32,283 nucleotides of DNA. It comes from Trichomonas gallinae (taxonomy: Eukaryota). The stretch lies in assembly GCA_008369845.1 (NCBI GenBank), contig MRSU01006708.1, positions 1 through 32,283 on the forward strand. The letters are read 5' to 3'. The notes under the pieces are model-generated. The model was given only the letters and a program-made list of their open reading frames with translations. It was not told the origin of the DNA and did no database searches. Of the stretch, positions 30,116 through 32,283 are shown piece by piece (within the stretch, counting starts at the first letter, position 1; every line of letters begins with the position of its first letter). The position numbers and the translations under genes are program-made.

Positions 30116-30794
30116 TTATATTTTTTTTTGTTAAATCATATATTTTTTTGATTCCGTTTTGTTTTTATGAAATAATAACATTTTTAAGAGTAAAATCAAT
30201 GGGATATGGTCTAATCCGGACTCCTGTGTAGACATCTATTTCAGGAACTGAGAAGTAGTTTGACAGTTTCATGATGACCATTTCTTGAAGCCCAAATCAA
30301 AGCTGTATTGTTGTTTTTATTTTTTGGAACAGTATTTTAGAGTAATTATTTCTCAATATTGTACAATTGTATACTCCTGTAAGTCTATAGAATCAAATAT
30401 GGCCCCATGGATTCAAAAATAAATGAAATTGCAAAATATGATTCTCTTTCGTAACAATTGCAATGATAATAGAATGACTTTTTATGCCAATGATTTTTTA
30501 CAACTGTGCATAGTCTGAATTCTGCACATAAAAGATTATACAATTTCAAATACAATGAATTTAGAAATCATAATATAAATATGTATATCTTCAGTGAAGA
30601 TTCTTCACATTTTATCATATAACAATGTACATTTCTTGTCAATGATAATTTGAATAAAAAAAGTTTTTTTATCCTGCATTATTAAGTATTAGATTGAATC
30701 TTTCTCTATGTAGTTGGGTTGATAAATGACTTCAATCCTTTCTTAGTGACAATAGTTTTTCTAATGGAGAGGATCAAACAGTTTTATTCCACCT

Positions 30795-30820
30795 CTGTGT
30801 TGTATATTTATACAACACAG
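30795..30820. repeat. Perfect 12-bp inverted repeat with a 2-nt spacer
   Basis: CTGTGTTGTATA-TT-TATACAACACAG. Confidence 0.9.
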
Positions 30821-30987
30821 GTTTTTATGAGATGAATAAATAATAATCGCTATTTCATCATGTTTTTTACCAGATTCAATGAATAAAATCTGATTTTAGT
30901 TGCTAATTACATGTTTCTTATTGTCATATTATTATAAAAACGATATTTTCCGGTAATAGTTAAATTTTATAAACAGTTAGAGTAATA

Positions 30988-32181
30988 TTACACTTGAATT
31001 GATTCGAATTCTTCGATGTTAATGTTTTCTATCTTCAAAAGTAGGTCATCGTGGGTGAGATTGAGATTGCATTTATGAATATTCATGAAATTATCAATAA
31101 GCTTGTAATCAATTTTTTCTGGCTGAATTTCATCTGGTTTGATATTGCATAATATAAGGTAGACAAGGTTTGGCTCTATGTGTGGAACAATGTCTGTGTA
31201 ATTTTTCGGATTTTCGAGAATAATTCCATTTGCAATTACTATTAAGAGGATTTCTTGAAATCTTTGGAGTTTTGTTTTGATGGCGGCCTCTATATCTGAA
31301 ATATTGGTATTCATGCGGCTGGCACTGAGAACTGTCTCAGCAAGATGATTAATAATAACAGTATTTGATAGTTGGCAGTCAACATATTCAATGACGCATT
31401 CGAAGAGCTTCTGCTCTGACGGCGAGTTGAATCTCTTTCTGATTTCTATAAGTCTGCTTTCGATTTTCTTGAATGCTTCGGATTCTACTGATAACTGAAC
31501 TGCTTTAATGTAAAGATCAACTATTTCGTTTCCTATGATTGTACAAGCTGTAATTATAGACTCTCTGAAGATATCCAAAGCGCAGTCGCCTAATAAAGTT
31601 GATTTAGGTAATTTTTGGTAGAGAACGAGGCAGGATTGGTAGAAAAGGCAAGCTGACACTGGAGACTTAATTGTTGTACGTATATCATCAAGTTGCGCGA
31701 AGACTTGATTTAATAACGTTGGCGAAAGCGATTCTTCAGAAAATGAGTTTAATTTCTCAGCAAGAAGCACTCCCGGATGTCCTGGTGCTGATTTAGAGAG
31801 CTCATTCCAGTGATTTAAGATCAACAAGCTCAGTTCTGGGTTTTCAGCAGATTCATTGACCAAATCAGTAAAGAACTTATTTATTTCGCCATCAAATGAT
31901 GTCGCTGAGGTCCAACTAGAAACATGAGAAATTCCGTAAGGTGAAACTGGCTGCTGAGGGGTGTAAATGTCTTCGACATCGTCACATTCTATATCAATGT
32001 TAGGCATTTCAGGGAACGGAATTCCAATCTGTGAAGGTGTAGAATTGAGATATGTTGAGGAAGACATACTGTGCGATTCATGAACCTGCGATGGACTCTG
32101 TGGCAGTGGCTTGTCATTATCTAAAGAAAGTTTTGGTAATCCATCTTTCTTATTCTTATATTCCGGATCCCCTTGATTCAT
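30988..32181 (-). CDS. Protein with an S/P-rich N-terminus and a probable Dilute (DIL)-like domain
   Basis: The C-terminal pattern D.QL.N......S....N.NISDIE...LQRFQE...IVPHI...LVYLILCN.KPDE resembles DIL domains (by eye). ATG at 32181. Confidence 0.65.
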   Translation of the reverse strand: MNQGDPEYKNKKDGLPKLSLDNDKPLPQSPSQVHESHSMSSSTYLNSTPSQIGIPFPEMPNIDIECDDVEDIYTPQQPVSPYGISHVSSWTSATSFDGEINKFFTDLVNESAENPELSLLILNHWNELSKSAPGHPGVLLAEKLNSFSEESLSPTLLNQVFAQLDDIRTTIKSPVSACLFYQSCLVLYQKLPKSTLLGDCALDIFRESIITACTIIGNEIVDLYIKAVQLSVESEAFKKIESRLIEIRKRFNSPSEQKLFECVIEYVDCQLSNTVIINHLAETVLSASRMNTNISDIEAAIKTKLQRFQEILLIVIANGIILENPKNYTDIVPHIEPNLVYLILCNIKPDEIQPEKIDYKLIDNFMNIHKCNLNLTHDDLLLKIENINIEEFESIQV

Positions 32182-32183
32182 TT

Positions 32184-32192
32184 GTCACTTTT
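32184..32192 (-). promoter_or_regulatory. AAAAGTGAC motif 2 nt before the ATG
   Basis: Same 9-mer as at 13008 and 21286. Confidence 0.6.
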
Positions 32193-32283
32193 TATAGCAA
32201 AAATTTATTTAAGGGGGTAGGTTTGAATGGTTTACAAAATTTGAAAAAGTGCTTCATATCAGCCAGTCAGAGCGACGCCCATG

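Noticed and set aside
26840..30231. Multiple short ORFs antisense to or overlapping the coiled-coil gene
   Set aside because: Shadow ORFs of an E/K/Q-rich coding strand.
30271..30277. Box C ATGATGA in an intergenic region
   Set aside because: No box D at a suitable distance.

Overview
An AT-rich eukaryotic window that looks like a trichomonad (Trichomonas-like parabasalid). The genes are essentially intronless with very short 5' leaders carrying TCA(T/C)(T/A) initiators, TAAA poly(A) signals overlap most stop codons, and DUF3447-ankyrin genes are present. About 14 protein genes: Tubby-like protein, TVP23 lacking an in-frame ATG, RmlC epimerase fused to a degenerate reductase, two ankyrin proteins (one with a Q/N repeat tail), DBP7-type DEAD helicase, DUF5765-like membrane protein, TPT-family transporter, Tom36/Tom46-like tail-anchored protein, GT61, ornithine carbamoyltransferase, E2 enzyme, large coiled-coil protein and DIL-like protein. 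The spacers hold several decayed gene relics. No rRNA, tRNA, CRISPR or intact transposon is visible, and I found no clearly new multi-gene system. The best leads are a ~19-bp phased TG(T/A/G)C(A/G) array upstream of DBP7, the RmlC/pseudo-reductase chimera among Golgi glycan genes, the ATG-less TVP23, a box C/D snoRNA candidate and a perfect 26-bp hairpin. All family calls come from motifs recognised by eye, not from database searches.
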